The notes below the pieces were generated by a model. That model was not told the origin of the DNA. It saw nothing but the letters and a program-made list of their open reading frames with translations, and ran no database searches. Shown here piece by piece: positions 9,121 through 20,333 of a stretch of DNA of 64,000 nt; position 1 is the first letter of the stretch; every line of letters begins with the position of its first letter. The stretch spans positions 160,001-224,000 of the forward strand of contig CAWVRN010000001.1 of NCBI GenBank assembly GCA_963932905.1. The letters are read 5' to 3'. This stretch comes from an uncultured Bdellovibrio sp. GTDB lineage: Bacteria; Bdellovibrionota; Bdellovibrionia; Bdellovibrionales; Bdellovibrionaceae. A program made the translations under genes and the position numbers.

Positions 9121-10908
9121 ATGCTTTTTAAGTTTAGCGCGAAACCCACTACTTTGACATTTCTAATCTTTGGAAGTCTTTTTTTTCCAAACTTAGTGCC
9201 AGCCCAAGTCCCAAAAACGGGACTAAAAACGCCGGTAGTCAATGTGGTTTCTAAATCTAATGCTGCTGTTAGATTTCCTGTAAGTCCCACACCAGATCCT
9301 AATTTTTTCCAAAACAGCACCGTGGAACAAATTCTAGGTCGCATGTCGATTGACGACAAAGTCGGCCAGCTTTTACTCGTTGGGTTTCCCCAAGAAAAGT
9401 TAGACGCCAAATTAGCTCAACATATCAGTCAGAATCGCGTGGGATCATTTTTAATTTTCAAACGAAATATCGTATCGATCGATCAGTTAAAAATTTTGAA
9501 CACAAGTCTTGTGGATTATTCGATGGATAAATTCAGAATCCCACCGTTGATGGCAATTGATCAAGAAGGCGGAAATGTTAATCGCATCACGACAAACCCA
9601 AAGCTTCCGTTCTTGTTTCACTTCGGCGATTTAACGGATTCAAAGTTTAGCTACCATTATGGTTATTACACCGGACAAATGTTAAGTTCACTTGGATTTA
9701 ATTTAAACCTAGCTCCTGTTTTAGATATTGCTGATTTTAATTCTAATAGTTTTATAGCTCTTAGATCTTTTGGCAGCGATCCCGGTCGTGTGGCTCAAAA
9801 TGGAGTCGCTTATTCGCAGGGTCTTGTCAGTCAGAAAGTAATCCCAACTGCAAAACACTTTCCGGGTTTAGGTTCTACTACATTGGATCCACACAACACT
9901 GTGGTTTCAAACTCGGCTTCATGGATAGAAATGGAACGAAATGATTTTCTTCCATTTAAAGATTTTGCAAAAATTGGCCCGAACAGCGCCGTGATGATGT
10001 CCCACATGATCTACAAAGGAATCGATACCAGTGGACTTCCGGCGTCGTTTTCAAAATATTTGATGAACGACGTTCTTAGAAAGCGTTTGGGATTTCAAGG
10101 CGTAATCGTTACGGACGATCTTCATATGAAGTCGTCATCAAGCACGGTAACCCCATCAGAAGCCGCTCTTAAGTCTTTAAAAGCAGGTTCTGACTTGGTG
10201 ATGCTGTCATGGTCTTTCACCGAACAATCAAAAACATTTGCTCGTATCAAAGACGCCGTCATTAAAAAGGAACTTAGCATCGAAGAGGTAAACGACAAAG
10301 TTCGTCGCATTCTGACTTTGAAAAAGTATGTTTACACGAAGCCAGCTCCGGAGAACCGCACTATCGCTAGCGTTACACCAGCAGCTCCTCAGATTAAAGT
10401 CAGTGCAAACAAAACAACGGTTGAATCTGCTCCTGTAACTCAACTTTTAAAGTCTGTTCTGGATGCGAAAATGCGATCCGTTTTTTTCAGACCTCAATTG
10501 GAAGAAAAAAAACAGCTGTGTTTGGTATCAGATCAGAAGAAACTTTTTGATTTAATTGGAAAGAAAGACGCTAACGTATTTAAAGGTTATTTCTATCCTA
10601 AGACATCGCCAGCAAAATCACTTGCTCAGTTTTTTAAGACTTCAAACTGTGATCTATTTATCGTCACAATAGAAAATAACCAGCAGGCGGCGGTTATCAA
10701 TCAAATCGCTGATTTAAATAACAAAAAGTTGGTCATAATCAATCACGCCATCCCTACGATGGTACGCAATCGTGCACGTTATTTTTCAGTTTTAGATTTA
10801 TATGGAATCAGTATTAAGACAGACGAATTATTAGCAGATAAAATTTCAGAATTTACGAACATGATCTTACGCGGCCAATTTCACTCAGCCGCGAATAATA
10901 GAAATTAA
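9121..10908 (+). CDS. nagZ: Glycoside hydrolase family 3 beta-N-acetylhexosaminidase (NagZ-like), exported, with C-terminal extension
   Basis: IDQEGG, NLAPVLD, RSFG, KHFPGLG..DPH and TDDLHM motifs; N-terminal hydrophobic signal. Confidence 0.88.
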   Translation: MLFKFSAKPTTLTFLIFGSLFFPNLVPAQVPKTGLKTPVVNVVSKSNAAVRFPVSPTPDPNFFQNSTVEQILGRMSIDDKVGQLLLVGFPQEKLDAKLAQHISQNRVGSFLIFKRNIVSIDQLKILNTSLVDYSMDKFRIPPLMAIDQEGGNVNRITTNPKLPFLFHFGDLTDSKFSYHYGYYTGQMLSSLGFNLNLAPVLDIADFNSNSFIALRSFGSDPGRVAQNGVAYSQGLVSQKVIPTAKHFPGLGSTTLDPHNTVVSNSASWIEMERNDFLPFKDFAKIGPNSAVMMSHMIYKGIDTSGLPASFSKYLMNDVLRKRLGFQGVIVTDDLHMKSSSSTVTPSEAALKSLKAGSDLVMLSWSFTEQSKTFARIKDAVIKKELSIEEVNDKVRRILTLKKYVYTKPAPENRTIASVTPAAPQIKVSANKTTVESAPVTQLLKSVLDAKMRSVFFRPQLEEKKQLCLVSDQKKLFDLIGKKDANVFKGYFYPKTSPAKSLAQFFKTSNCDLFIVTIENNQQAAVINQIADLNNKKLVIINHAIPTMVRNRARYFSVLDLYGISIKTDELLADKISEFTNMILRGQFHSAANNRN

Positions 10909-11312
10909 TTTTTATACTTAGTGACTTCGATACTTGATTCTCCACGTTTAACAACGCGAGAAAGATCAGCGTAATCAGCATCACTCAAAGACTCAGCCGC
11001 AAGACGAGCCTTAGCTTTGTCGATGAATGCTTGCGCATCCGTTAAATTTATATCTTCGGGAAGGTCTGCAGTTTCAGCTAAAATATCGATACCGTTAGGG
11101 TAAACTTCGCAGTAACCCCAAGAAATCACAGCGTATTGAAAGCGATCAGATCCCTTCACTTTCCAGCGCATGATACCCGTATCTAATGTTGTAACTAAAG
11201 GCGTGTGACCCTCAAGAATATTCAATTCTCCGCGATACGCAGGCACAGTCACAGACTCAACGTCTGCGCCTGTTAGAATTCTTTTTTCTGGAGTTACTAG
11301 GGTCATTTTCAT
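10905..11312 (-). CDS. atpC: ATP synthase F1 epsilon subunit
   Basis: LVTPEK, GELNILEGHTP motifs; follows atpD. Confidence 0.96.
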   Translation of the reverse strand: MKMTLVTPEKRILTGADVESVTVPAYRGELNILEGHTPLVTTLDTGIMRWKVKGSDRFQYAVISWGYCEVYPNGIDILAETADLPEDINLTDAQAFIDKAKARLAAESLSDADYADLSRVVKRGESSIEVTKYKN

Positions 11313-11322
11313 TTCAATAATC

Positions 11323-12726
<1,404 letters not shown>

Positions 12727-12739
12727 TCATGCTCCTATA

Positions 12740-13621
12740 TTATTTCAAAGCTTCCGCACCACTGACGATCTCGATAAGTTCCGTCGTGATTTTCTCTTGT
12801 CGCAGTTTATTGTAAGTTAATGTTAATTTATTAATTAATTCTTTAGCGTTGTTAGACGCATTTTCCATAGCCGTCATACGCGCACCATGTTCTGCAGCTA
12901 CGCTTTCAGACATAGAACGGTAAACTTGCAGATCAAAATGTTTCATTAGAAGTTGTTCCACAATCACTTCGGGAGTTGGTTCGAAAACCAAATCTTTAGA
13001 AAAGCGTGCTGTGTTCACTTCGTCAGAAAACGACGATAAACCTAAGTTAATTGGCAACAGTGTTTCGCAAACAACAGAATGAGAAATCGCCGATTTAAAT
13101 TCGTTATAAACTAAACGAACTTCATCGTATTCGCCCGATAAGAAATATTTAATTAAACGACCAGCTACTTGCGAAGCTAGGTTGTAAGAAATATCTTTAT
13201 CAAGACCAGTGATGCTCTCAACAGGATTAACGCCTCTCTTTTGGAAAAACTCTAAACCTTTTCTACCAACAAAAATAAAATCTAATTTTTCCAAACTAGC
13301 TTTATTATCTTTGATATATTTTTCTGCGAACTTATTGATGTTTGTATTAAAAGCGCCGCAAAGACCGCGATCCGAAGTAAGAACAACCATAAGTACTTTG
13401 TTCACTTGCGAACGTTGTCCCATCAAAGGATGCGCTACCTTTTGGGTAACGGCGACGTCAGAAATCACGCGCCTTAGCGACAAAGCATACGGGCGCATAT
13501 TAACGATGTTATTTTGCGCCTTTCGTAGCTTAGACGCAGACACAAGCTTTAACGCTTTTGTGATCTGCTGAGTGTTTTTTGTGGACGCAATCTGCGCCCT
13601 AATGTCCTTTAAGCTGGCCAT
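12740..13621 (-). CDS. atpG: ATP synthase F1 gamma subunit
   Basis: SDRGLCGAFN, RQEKITTELIEIVSGA. Confidence 0.99.
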   Translation of the reverse strand: MASLKDIRAQIASTKNTQQITKALKLVSASKLRKAQNNIVNMRPYALSLRRVISDVAVTQKVAHPLMGQRSQVNKVLMVVLTSDRGLCGAFNTNINKFAEKYIKDNKASLEKLDFIFVGRKGLEFFQKRGVNPVESITGLDKDISYNLASQVAGRLIKYFLSGEYDEVRLVYNEFKSAISHSVVCETLLPINLGLSSFSDEVNTARFSKDLVFEPTPEVIVEQLLMKHFDLQVYRSMSESVAAEHGARMTAMENASNNAKELINKLTLTYNKLRQEKITTELIEIVSGAEALK

Positions 13622-13627
13622 AGTTTA

Positions 13628-15157
13628 TTACTTTTTGCTCGCTGGTTGGAAAATCGCTTTAAATTCTACTAATGCATCTTTTAATGTTTGCTCAGCATCT
13701 TTAGTTAATTCTTTTTTATCTACGATTGTTTTAAGGATTTGAGGGTATTTTTGTTTTACGAACTCAAGAAGTCCTTTTTCGTATGAACCAACATCACTTT
13801 CCGCATAATCATCAAGGAAACCGTTAGTTGCTGCGTAGATCGACACAACTTGCTCTTCCACTTTGAAAGGAGCGTATTGACCTTGTTTTAATAACTCAAC
13901 AAGACGACGACCACGAGCTAATTGTTTTTGAGACGCTTTATCTAAGTCAGACGCGAATGCGGCAAAGGCCTCAAGAGCACGGAACTGAGCTAATTCTAGC
14001 TTGATAGTACCGGCAACTTTTTTCATCGCTTTAATTTGAGCCGCACCACCCACGCGCGATACTGATTTACCTACTGATACCGCTGGACGGATACCTTTGT
14101 AGAACAAGTCAGTTTCCAAGAAGATCTGACCATCAGTGATCGAGATAACGTTTGTAGGGATGTAAGCAGAGATATCACCCGCTTGAGTTTCAATGATTGG
14201 TAGAGCCGTTAATGAACCGCCACCTTTTTCATCTGAAAGTTTCGCTGCACGCTCAAGTAACCGAGAGTGGATGTAGAATACGTCACCTGGGTACGCTTCA
14301 CGACCTGGAGGACGACGTAGTAATAATGATAACTGACGGTAAGCTTGTGCTTGTTTAGTTAAATCATCGTAAATGATAAGTGCATGGCGACCAGTGTCGC
14401 GGAAGTATTCCGCCATCGCTGTTCCAGAGTATGCAGATAAGTATTGTAGAGGAGCTGCATCAGATGCACCGGCTGCGATAACAGTCGTGTACTCAAGCGC
14501 ACCAGCGGCACGAAGTTTCTCAACAACAAGTGCTACTGTAGATTGTTTTTGTCCGATCGCTACGTAGAAACATTGTACGTTTTGACCTTTTTGATTGATG
14601 ATCGTATCGATCGCAATCGCAGTTTTACCAGTTTGACGGTCACCAATGATCAACTCACGTTGACCGCGACCGATTGGAATCATTGAATCGATTGATTTGA
14701 TACCAGTTTGTAACGGTTCGCTTACTGATTTACGGTAAACGATACCAGGAGCTTTCAATTCAACAACGCGCGTGTGAGGCGTGTTGATTGGTCCACGTCC
14801 GTCGATTGGCATACCAAGCGCATTTACTACGCGGCCAAGTAGTGCTTCACCCACTGGAACTTCAACGATTTTTTTAGTACGTTTAACTACGTCGCCTTCT
14901 TTGATCGCTCGGTCTTCACCGAAGATAACTACGCCGACAAATCCGTCTTCCAAGTTAAGAACCATACCTGTTACGCCACCAGAAAACTCAACAAGCTCAC
15001 CGGCCTGAACGTTATCTAATCCGTAAACGCGGGCAACCCCGTCACCAACAGACAAAACGCTTCCTGTTTCGCTAACATCAATTTTTTTAGAGTACTGGCT
15101 GATTTGCTCTTTTAAAATTCGGCTGATTTCGTCAGCTCTGATTTGACCCATGTCCAT
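13628..15157 (-). CDS. atpA: ATP synthase F1 alpha subunit
   Basis: [23 protein letters not shown]. Confidence 0.99.
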   Translation of the reverse strand: MDMGQIRADEISRILKEQISQYSKKIDVSETGSVLSVGDGVARVYGLDNVQAGELVEFSGGVTGMVLNLEDGFVGVVIFGEDRAIKEGDVVKRTKKIVEVPVGEALLGRVVNALGMPIDGRGPINTPHTRVVELKAPGIVYRKSVSEPLQTGIKSIDSMIPIGRGQRELIIGDRQTGKTAIAIDTIINQKGQNVQCFYVAIGQKQSTVALVVEKLRAAGALEYTTVIAAGASDAAPLQYLSAYSGTAMAEYFRDTGRHALIIYDDLTKQAQAYRQLSLLLRRPPGREAYPGDVFYIHSRLLERAAKLSDEKGGGSLTALPIIETQAGDISAYIPTNVISITDGQIFLETDLFYKGIRPAVSVGKSVSRVGGAAQIKAMKKVAGTIKLELAQFRALEAFAAFASDLDKASQKQLARGRRLVELLKQGQYAPFKVEEQVVSIYAATNGFLDDYAESDVGSYEKGLLEFVKQKYPQILKTIVDKKELTKDAEQTLKDALVEFKAIFQPASKK

Positions 15158-15174
15158 TAGTACAAGCTCCTAAT

Positions 15175-15714
15175 TTAGTGATTAAGTAATTCTTCTTTTA
15201 ATTTTTTTAAATGTAAGTCTAAACTATCGTCAAAAGTCCATCCGCCAACTTTAGCAACTACGCCACCAATAACTGTTGGATCTTCTTTAAATTTCAAAAC
15301 GATTTTCTTTTTCAAAATAGTAGAGATTTTTGTTTCTAATGAAGAAACAACATCCTGGCTTAAAGGTTTTGCTGAAAACACATCGCCTTTAGTTACGCCA
15401 GATTCTTCGTCCATTAATTGTTCGTAAGCTTTTGCGATCTCAGGCAAAGCAGCTGCACGTTTGCGGCTCATTAATAATGTTACAAAATTTTTAACATTTT
15501 CTGGAAGTTTAGTTTTTTCCAAAGTGCTGGCGATTGCCTGCGCTTTTTTTGAACTTTCAACTTGTGGGTCTTGAAAAAACTTAACCACTTCTGCCGAAGT
15601 TGTTGCTTCAGCCAAAGCCGTCAAGCTCGCCAACGTTTGCGCATGCGAGTTTGCTTCTTTAGAAACCGCAAAAAGTGCTTTAGCATATCTTTTAGAAACG
15701 CCGTTTGAACTCAT
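15175..15714 (-). CDS. atpH: ATP synthase delta subunit
   Basis: KRYAKALF N-terminus, DPTVIGG..DDSL C-terminus. Confidence 0.96.
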   Translation of the reverse strand: MSSNGVSKRYAKALFAVSKEANSHAQTLASLTALAEATTSAEVVKFFQDPQVESSKKAQAIASTLEKTKLPENVKNFVTLLMSRKRAAALPEIAKAYEQLMDEESGVTKGDVFSAKPLSQDVVSSLETKISTILKKKIVLKFKEDPTVIGGVVAKVGGWTFDDSLDLHLKKLKEELLNH

Positions 15715-16274
15715 GGATTCACCGCTTCGATATTTTTATTAAACTCTGTTTGTAATTTTAAGTGATCTTGGCTGCCAATATCCGTTGTAAGAACTTGACG
15801 CGCCGCCATTAAAGACTGAAGCGCAATGTCTTGTTTGGCCTTCAGTGTTGTTTTTTGATTTTCGATTTTGGCTGTCATACGCGCGTCTTCTTTGATACGA
15901 GCCGCAGTCGCTTGCGCTTCAGAGATCATATTATTACGCATATTTTCCGCGTCTTTTTTAGCCTTTTCAATACTATCAGCCGCTGTTTCGTTTAATGTTT
16001 TTAATCGTTGTTCGATGTCTTGGTATTCTTTTTCTGCCTGCTCAAACAACTCTTTAGATTTTTCCGCCTGTTTTAAATAGTCTGTCTGACGGGCCTGAAA
16101 GAAATCAATGGCTGGCTGCTTACCGTATTTGTAGATGATTGCAGCTAAAATGGCTAAATTAATTACCTGCCATTTTACCATCGCAGGGATCTCATTTGAA
16201 TGGGCATCATGGCCGTCGGCCGCGAGTGCCATATAGGAGGTTAAAATAACTAATAGTGCTGATATCAATCTCAT
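15711..16274 (-). CDS. atpF: ATP synthase F0 subunit b
   Basis: Signal-like N-terminus, TM segment WQVINLAIL, long coiled coil; position in the operon. Confidence 0.9.
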   Translation of the reverse strand: MRLISALLVILTSYMALAADGHDAHSNEIPAMVKWQVINLAILAAIIYKYGKQPAIDFFQARQTDYLKQAEKSKELFEQAEKEYQDIEQRLKTLNETAADSIEKAKKDAENMRNNMISEAQATAARIKEDARMTAKIENQKTTLKAKQDIALQSLMAARQVLTTDIGSQDHLKLQTEFNKNIEAVNP

Positions 16275-16702
16275 GATTTACCTAAAAGTTTGTTGTTTAT
16301 GGCCATTACTAGGCTTGATTTCATATCTTTTAATTCTGCCTCAAGCTGCACAGCACGAGCTTGTAAGTTCTTGCGATTTGACTCCAGCTCAACATTCGCT
16401 TCGGCTTTAGCCTGCATTAAGATCTTATCTTGCTCAGCACTGGCTTCAGTTTTTGACTGTTTAAAAATTTCTGAAATTTTACCATGAACTTCTTTTGCTT
16501 TTTCAGAGTACTGAGCCTGTAGTTCTTGAGATTTTTTGTGAATATCGTCAGCGATCTCTACGCTACCTTTTGTGTTTTGTAGTCTTTTTTCGTGAATAGC
16601 TGTAAATGGCTCATATACGAGCTTAATTAAAGCGATAAAAGTAGCGATAAAAATAACAAACTGAACAATAACTGTGGCATTTATTCCAAGCTGTTGCAGC
16701 AT
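16271..16702 (-). CDS. ATP synthase F0 subunit b'
   Basis: INATVIVQFVIF TM, YEP hinge, coiled coil; second b paralog. Confidence 0.88.
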   Translation of the reverse strand: MLQQLGINATVIVQFVIFIATFIALIKLVYEPFTAIHEKRLQNTKGSVEIADDIHKKSQELQAQYSEKAKEVHGKISEIFKQSKTEASAEQDKILMQAKAEANVELESNRKNLQARAVQLEAELKDMKSSLVMAINNKLLGKS

Positions 16703-16803
16703 AAGCCTTCCTGCGGTGGGTGATTAAAGAGTTTTGGAAATAACACCTTTAGGTAGCGCTGTCCAAAAGTTTTTTTGACATTTATATATAGAGTTGTTTT
16801 CAG

Positions 16804-17151
16804 TTAGCTTTTAGGCATGTAAGACGCGCCCTCAAATACCACACCCTCATCGATTCTAAGACTAGGAGTTGTAACGGTGCCTCGGAACACCGTAGGCGGG
16901 TGCATCACCACTTTACTGCGAGCGAACAAGTTTCCTTCAACGCTACCATTAATTATAATAGTATCTGCTTCGATTTGAGCTTGTACTTTAGCGCCTTCAT
17001 TTATGATGATAGTGTCTTGAGTGAAAATCTCGCCTTTGAAAACACCGCCAATTTGAACGGTGCCTTCAAATGACAGGCGTCCCTCAAAAGATGCGCCTGC
17101 GTCAAGAATAGCGGTAACTTGGTTTTCGCGAGTAGTTTCTATTGCTGACAT
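16804..17151 (-). CDS. Bactofilin (polymer-forming cytoskeletal protein)
   Basis: Beta-helix repeats (FEGRLSFEGTVQIGGVFKGEI..GSVEGN..LRIDEGVVFEG); overlaps the parB stop by 13 nt. Confidence 0.93.
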   Translation of the reverse strand: MSAIETTRENQVTAILDAGASFEGRLSFEGTVQIGGVFKGEIFTQDTIIINEGAKVQAQIEADTIIINGSVEGNLFARSKVVMHPPTVFRGTVTTPSLRIDEGVVFEGASYMPKS

Positions 17152-18143
17152 CCTTCTTTAATTTTGTCGATCAATTGGCTTAACTCTTCATCAGAGTAAA
17201 ATGCGATGCTGATTTTGCCTTTTGAGTTATGGTAGTCGATATTAACTTTTGTACCAAGCAACTTTTGAAGCTCGTCCGCCAGACCAGCCATCAAACGATT
17301 TGTTACATTTAGGTCCACATTTGCCGCCGAACCCGACTCTTGAGCATCACTTGTTGCCTTTTTCTTAGCTAACGTTTCTAGCTTACGAACACTTATATGC
17401 TCATCGCGAACCATTTTAGCTAGTTCAATCTGTTTTTTAGAGTCATCGACACTTAACAAAACTTTTGCGTGACCAGTTGAAATATCTGAATTCATTAACA
17501 TTTCTTTAATCTCAGTGGGCAACTGAAGCAATCTTAATGCGTTTGATACGGTAGCGCGGTCTTTACCCACCTTTTCGGCAATTTGCTGATGAGAAAGTGA
17601 AAATTCAGATTGTAGTCTTAGATAGCCGTCTGCCTCTTCGATTGGATTTAAATCTTCACGCTGAACGTTCTCTATAATAGATAGTTCTAGTGTTTCTCTG
17701 TCAGAGAAATTTTTGATGATTACGGGAACCTCATGAAGGCCCGCCATTTGCGAAGCTCTCCAGCGGCGCTCACCGGCCACGATTTCAAAACCATCGCCGA
17801 CTTTTCTAACTACGATGGGCTGAAGAATTCCGTTAGATTTTATACTTTGAGATAGTTCCTGAAGTTTTTCTTTTTCAAAGTTACGGCGAGGCTGAAACGC
17901 ACCTGGCTTTAACTTTTCAATACTCATCTGCCAGATTTTTCCCTCTGACAAAGTTTGCGCAGCCGCCAATGGTGGGACTTTCGCAACATCATTTTTGGAT
18001 GCCGCTTGCGAGGTCGGAATATTAGCTTTTAAATTTGCGGGAGTAGCTGTCGGCGCACTGGATTGAGCAGTGTTTGAACCCAACAAAGAACCCAATCCTC
18101 GACCCAATCCTCGCTTCTGTTTTTCTACGGAAACTTCAGACAT
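17139..18143 (-). CDS. parB: Chromosome partitioning CTPase ParB
   Basis: RGLGRGLGSLL N-terminus, QPR, GERRWRA, ENVQREDLNPIEEA, HTH. Confidence 0.98.
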   Translation of the reverse strand: MSEVSVEKQKRGLGRGLGSLLGSNTAQSSAPTATPANLKANIPTSQAASKNDVAKVPPLAAAQTLSEGKIWQMSIEKLKPGAFQPRRNFEKEKLQELSQSIKSNGILQPIVVRKVGDGFEIVAGERRWRASQMAGLHEVPVIIKNFSDRETLELSIIENVQREDLNPIEEADGYLRLQSEFSLSHQQIAEKVGKDRATVSNALRLLQLPTEIKEMLMNSDISTGHAKVLLSVDDSKKQIELAKMVRDEHISVRKLETLAKKKATSDAQESGSAANVDLNVTNRLMAGLADELQKLLGTKVNIDYHNSKGKISIAFYSDEELSQLIDKIKEGCQQ

Positions 18144-18958
18144 TAGATGCCTCCCGCAGTCGCCTCAGATGCGCGCTGATTATGTTGAGCTGCAAGTGTT
18201 CTTTGCTCCACCTCTTTAGCTAGCTCCAAATATTTAATTGCCCCGATGGACTTTCCATCGTATTCAAAGATAGATTGGCCATGACTCGGCGCTTCAGAAA
18301 GTCGCACGTTTCTTGGTATGATAGCTTGAAATACTTTTTCACCGAAATGATTTTTAATTTCCGTCACAACTTGATGAGACAGATTATTGCGCGTATCGAA
18401 CATCGTTAATACGATGCCTTCGATATGAAGATCGTGGTTCAACGATTTCTTGATTAGTCCCGCCGTATTCAACAACTGGCTCAAGCCTTCTAGGGCATAG
18501 TATTCACACTGTAATGGCACCAAAAAGCTGTTCGCGGCCGTTAGCGCATTTAGAGTGATTAGCCCCAAAGACGGAGGACAATCGATAATTACATAGTCAA
18601 AGTGTTCAGACAATGTTGCGATTGCTTGTTTCAGTTTGTATTCGCGCTGCGGGATATCCACCAATTCGATTTCTGCGCCGACAAGATCTGGATTTGCGGT
18701 CACGATAAATAGATTTTGATTATTAGTTTTAAGAACTGTTTCAGCTAGTGATTTCTCACCAATTAAAACATGATAAATGTTGTTTTCTTGGCTTTCGTGT
18801 TTTTTAATTCCAAGACCACTCGAGGCATTTCCTTGAGGATCCATGTCTAGGATCAGCACTCGCTTACCCAAAGATGCTAATGCCGCCGATAAATTTACAG
18901 ACGTGGTTGTTTTGCCTACGCCGCCTTTTTGGTTCGCTATGCAGATAACTTTTGCCAT
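18143..18958 (-). CDS. parA: Chromosome partitioning ATPase ParA/Soj
   Basis: KGGVGKTT deviant Walker A, DPQGN, DCPPSLG, EAPSHG. Confidence 0.98.
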   Translation of the reverse strand: MAKVICIANQKGGVGKTTTSVNLSAALASLGKRVLILDMDPQGNASSGLGIKKHESQENNIYHVLIGEKSLAETVLKTNNQNLFIVTANPDLVGAEIELVDIPQREYKLKQAIATLSEHFDYVIIDCPPSLGLITLNALTAANSFLVPLQCEYYALEGLSQLLNTAGLIKKSLNHDLHIEGIVLTMFDTRNNLSHQVVTEIKNHFGEKVFQAIIPRNVRLSEAPSHGQSIFEYDGKSIGAIKYLELAKEVEQRTLAAQHNQRASEATAGGI

Positions 18959-19049
18959 GAAACCCCCTGATGGGAAAATTTATTCTCATTCAAGTATATT
19001 TCAACAAAATTTTGCGTTTTACACTCATGCTTTCATTCTTTTTTTCCGA

Positions 19050-19065
19050 TGTTCCACGTAGAACA
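19050..19065. promoter_or_regulatory. parS: parS site 1 (TGTTCCACGTAGAACA, one mismatch)
   Basis: Matches the bacterial parS palindrome TGTTNCACGTGNAACA; lies in the parA upstream region. Confidence 0.85.
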
Positions 19066-19102
19066 TATGAAATCATCGCTTTTTCTTCAAAAACAGCACC
19101 AA

Positions 19103-19118
19103 TGTTCCACGTGGAACA
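19103..19118. promoter_or_regulatory. parS: parS site 2 (perfect TGTTCCACGTGGAACA)
   Basis: Perfect 16-bp palindrome, 53 bp from site 1. Confidence 0.95.
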
Positions 19119-19651
19119 TGTTTTTCGCCCAACTATTTGCAGCGTCCTTGATGTTTCTGTTGGGTTGCGAGCAAAAAGACCCAAAGCCCGAGCTAAAAGA
19201 CAAAATCTATCAAGACATGATCGCTCAACAGGCCGAGGCCGAACGTATAATGAAAGAAATGGAAACCAAAGCCGCAGATGCAAGAAAAACAGCGGCTGAG
19301 GCCAAGATAAACACCGGCATTAAGGAAAAAGCCGAGCGCCAAGCCATTGAGTTCGATAAAGTGCGAGATAAAATGGCTCAGCAAGTTTCCTACTGGAAAA
19401 TTCGAATATTCGAACGACTAAAGCATGTAAGAACAGTCGCTAGCAAAAAGACGGAGCCCTACTCTTACGATTCAGACGAGTGGGATAAGTATCAGTCTGA
19501 AAAGAAGTTAAGGCAGGCGAAGAACGCGTGGGATTTAAAAGCGCGATTCAAAGAAACAGGATTTGATTATAATCCCGTATTAATGGGCGAGGAACCCGGT
19601 AGCAAGCCAAAGGAAAAGCCTAAACCCGCGGAGGGCGGAGGCCATCACTAA
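19118..19651 (+). CDS. Hypothetical coiled-coil lipoprotein
   Basis: Lipobox LLGC after a hydrophobic stretch, K/E-rich helical body. Start probably ATG 19118 (or 19067); the ORF-track start MFHVEH is just the translated parS. Confidence 0.8.
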   Translation: MFFAQLFAASLMFLLGCEQKDPKPELKDKIYQDMIAQQAEAERIMKEMETKAADARKTAAEAKINTGIKEKAERQAIEFDKVRDKMAQQVSYWKIRIFERLKHVRTVASKKTEPYSYDSDEWDKYQSEKKLRQAKNAWDLKARFKETGFDYNPVLMGEEPGSKPKEKPKPAEGGGHH

Positions 19652-19667
19652 TGTTCCACGTGGAACA
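19652..19667. promoter_or_regulatory. parS: parS site 3 (perfect TGTTCCACGTGGAACA)
   Basis: Perfect palindrome filling the whole gap between two convergent stop codons. Confidence 0.95.
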
Positions 19668-20333
19668 TTAGTTCTTAGTAGTTTTAACGACTCCAAAGCG
19701 AATCTGAGTGGACGGAAGAACATATTCCCTAACAAGGGCCGGAAAAAAGATCGAACATAACTGGGTTGGAATTTCGGTTATCTCTAAACCCCACTGTTCG
19801 CCTTTCATGTGATATAAAACGCCGCCTTTAGGCATAATCTTTCGAGCAAGAAGAATTGTCTTAGAGATATTCCCGAAACCTCTAACAATAGCAAACTTAA
19901 CAGAGTCTGCCGGCAATGACTCAATCGATGCGTGCAACACACTAACATTGCCTATACTTAACGACGTAACGACGTGTTTTAAAAACTCGACTTTTCGCAA
20001 ATCGCTTTCTATTAAAACAACTTTAATTTCGGGATGTAAAATTCCAAAAACTATTCCAGGAAAGCCATTTCCACTACCAAAGTCGTAAATCTCCTTAATC
20101 CCAGGCGAGTCTTCTAAAACAATCTGGCTTCCCAAAATGCAATCTGCAAAATGCAGCGCGTCAGCCACCGGCACTGTTTTGGGGCTCACTAGGCTTAAAG
20201 TTTTATTATGTTTAACTACCAACGCAAAATACGACTGCAACGTCGTGATGGATTTCTCCGTTAGATCAGGAAACCATTCTTTTATTCGCCAAGGTATTTT
20301 GATAGCTTCATCGTTGTTGGTGTTGGCGCTCAA
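19668..20333 (-). CDS. rsmG: 16S rRNA m7G527 methyltransferase
   Basis: HFADC, DFGSGNGFPGI SAM motif; follows mnmG. Confidence 0.95.
   Translation of the reverse strand: MSANTNNDEAIKIPWRIKEWFPDLTEKSITTLQSYFALVVKHNKTLSLVSPKTVPVADALHFADCILGSQIVLEDSPGIKEIYDFGSGNGFPGIVFGILHPEIKVVLIESDLRKVEFLKHVVTSLSIGNVSVLHASIESLPADSVKFAIVRGFGNISKTILLARKIMPKGGVLYHMKGEQWGLEITEIPTQLCSIFFPALVREYVLPSTQIRFGVVKTTKN

Noticed and set aside
18970..19299. ORFs containing MFHVEH or CSTWN (18970-19299 +, 18990-19283 -, and the 19049 start)
   Set aside because: These peptides are translations of the parS palindrome, not evidence of genes or a protein repeat.
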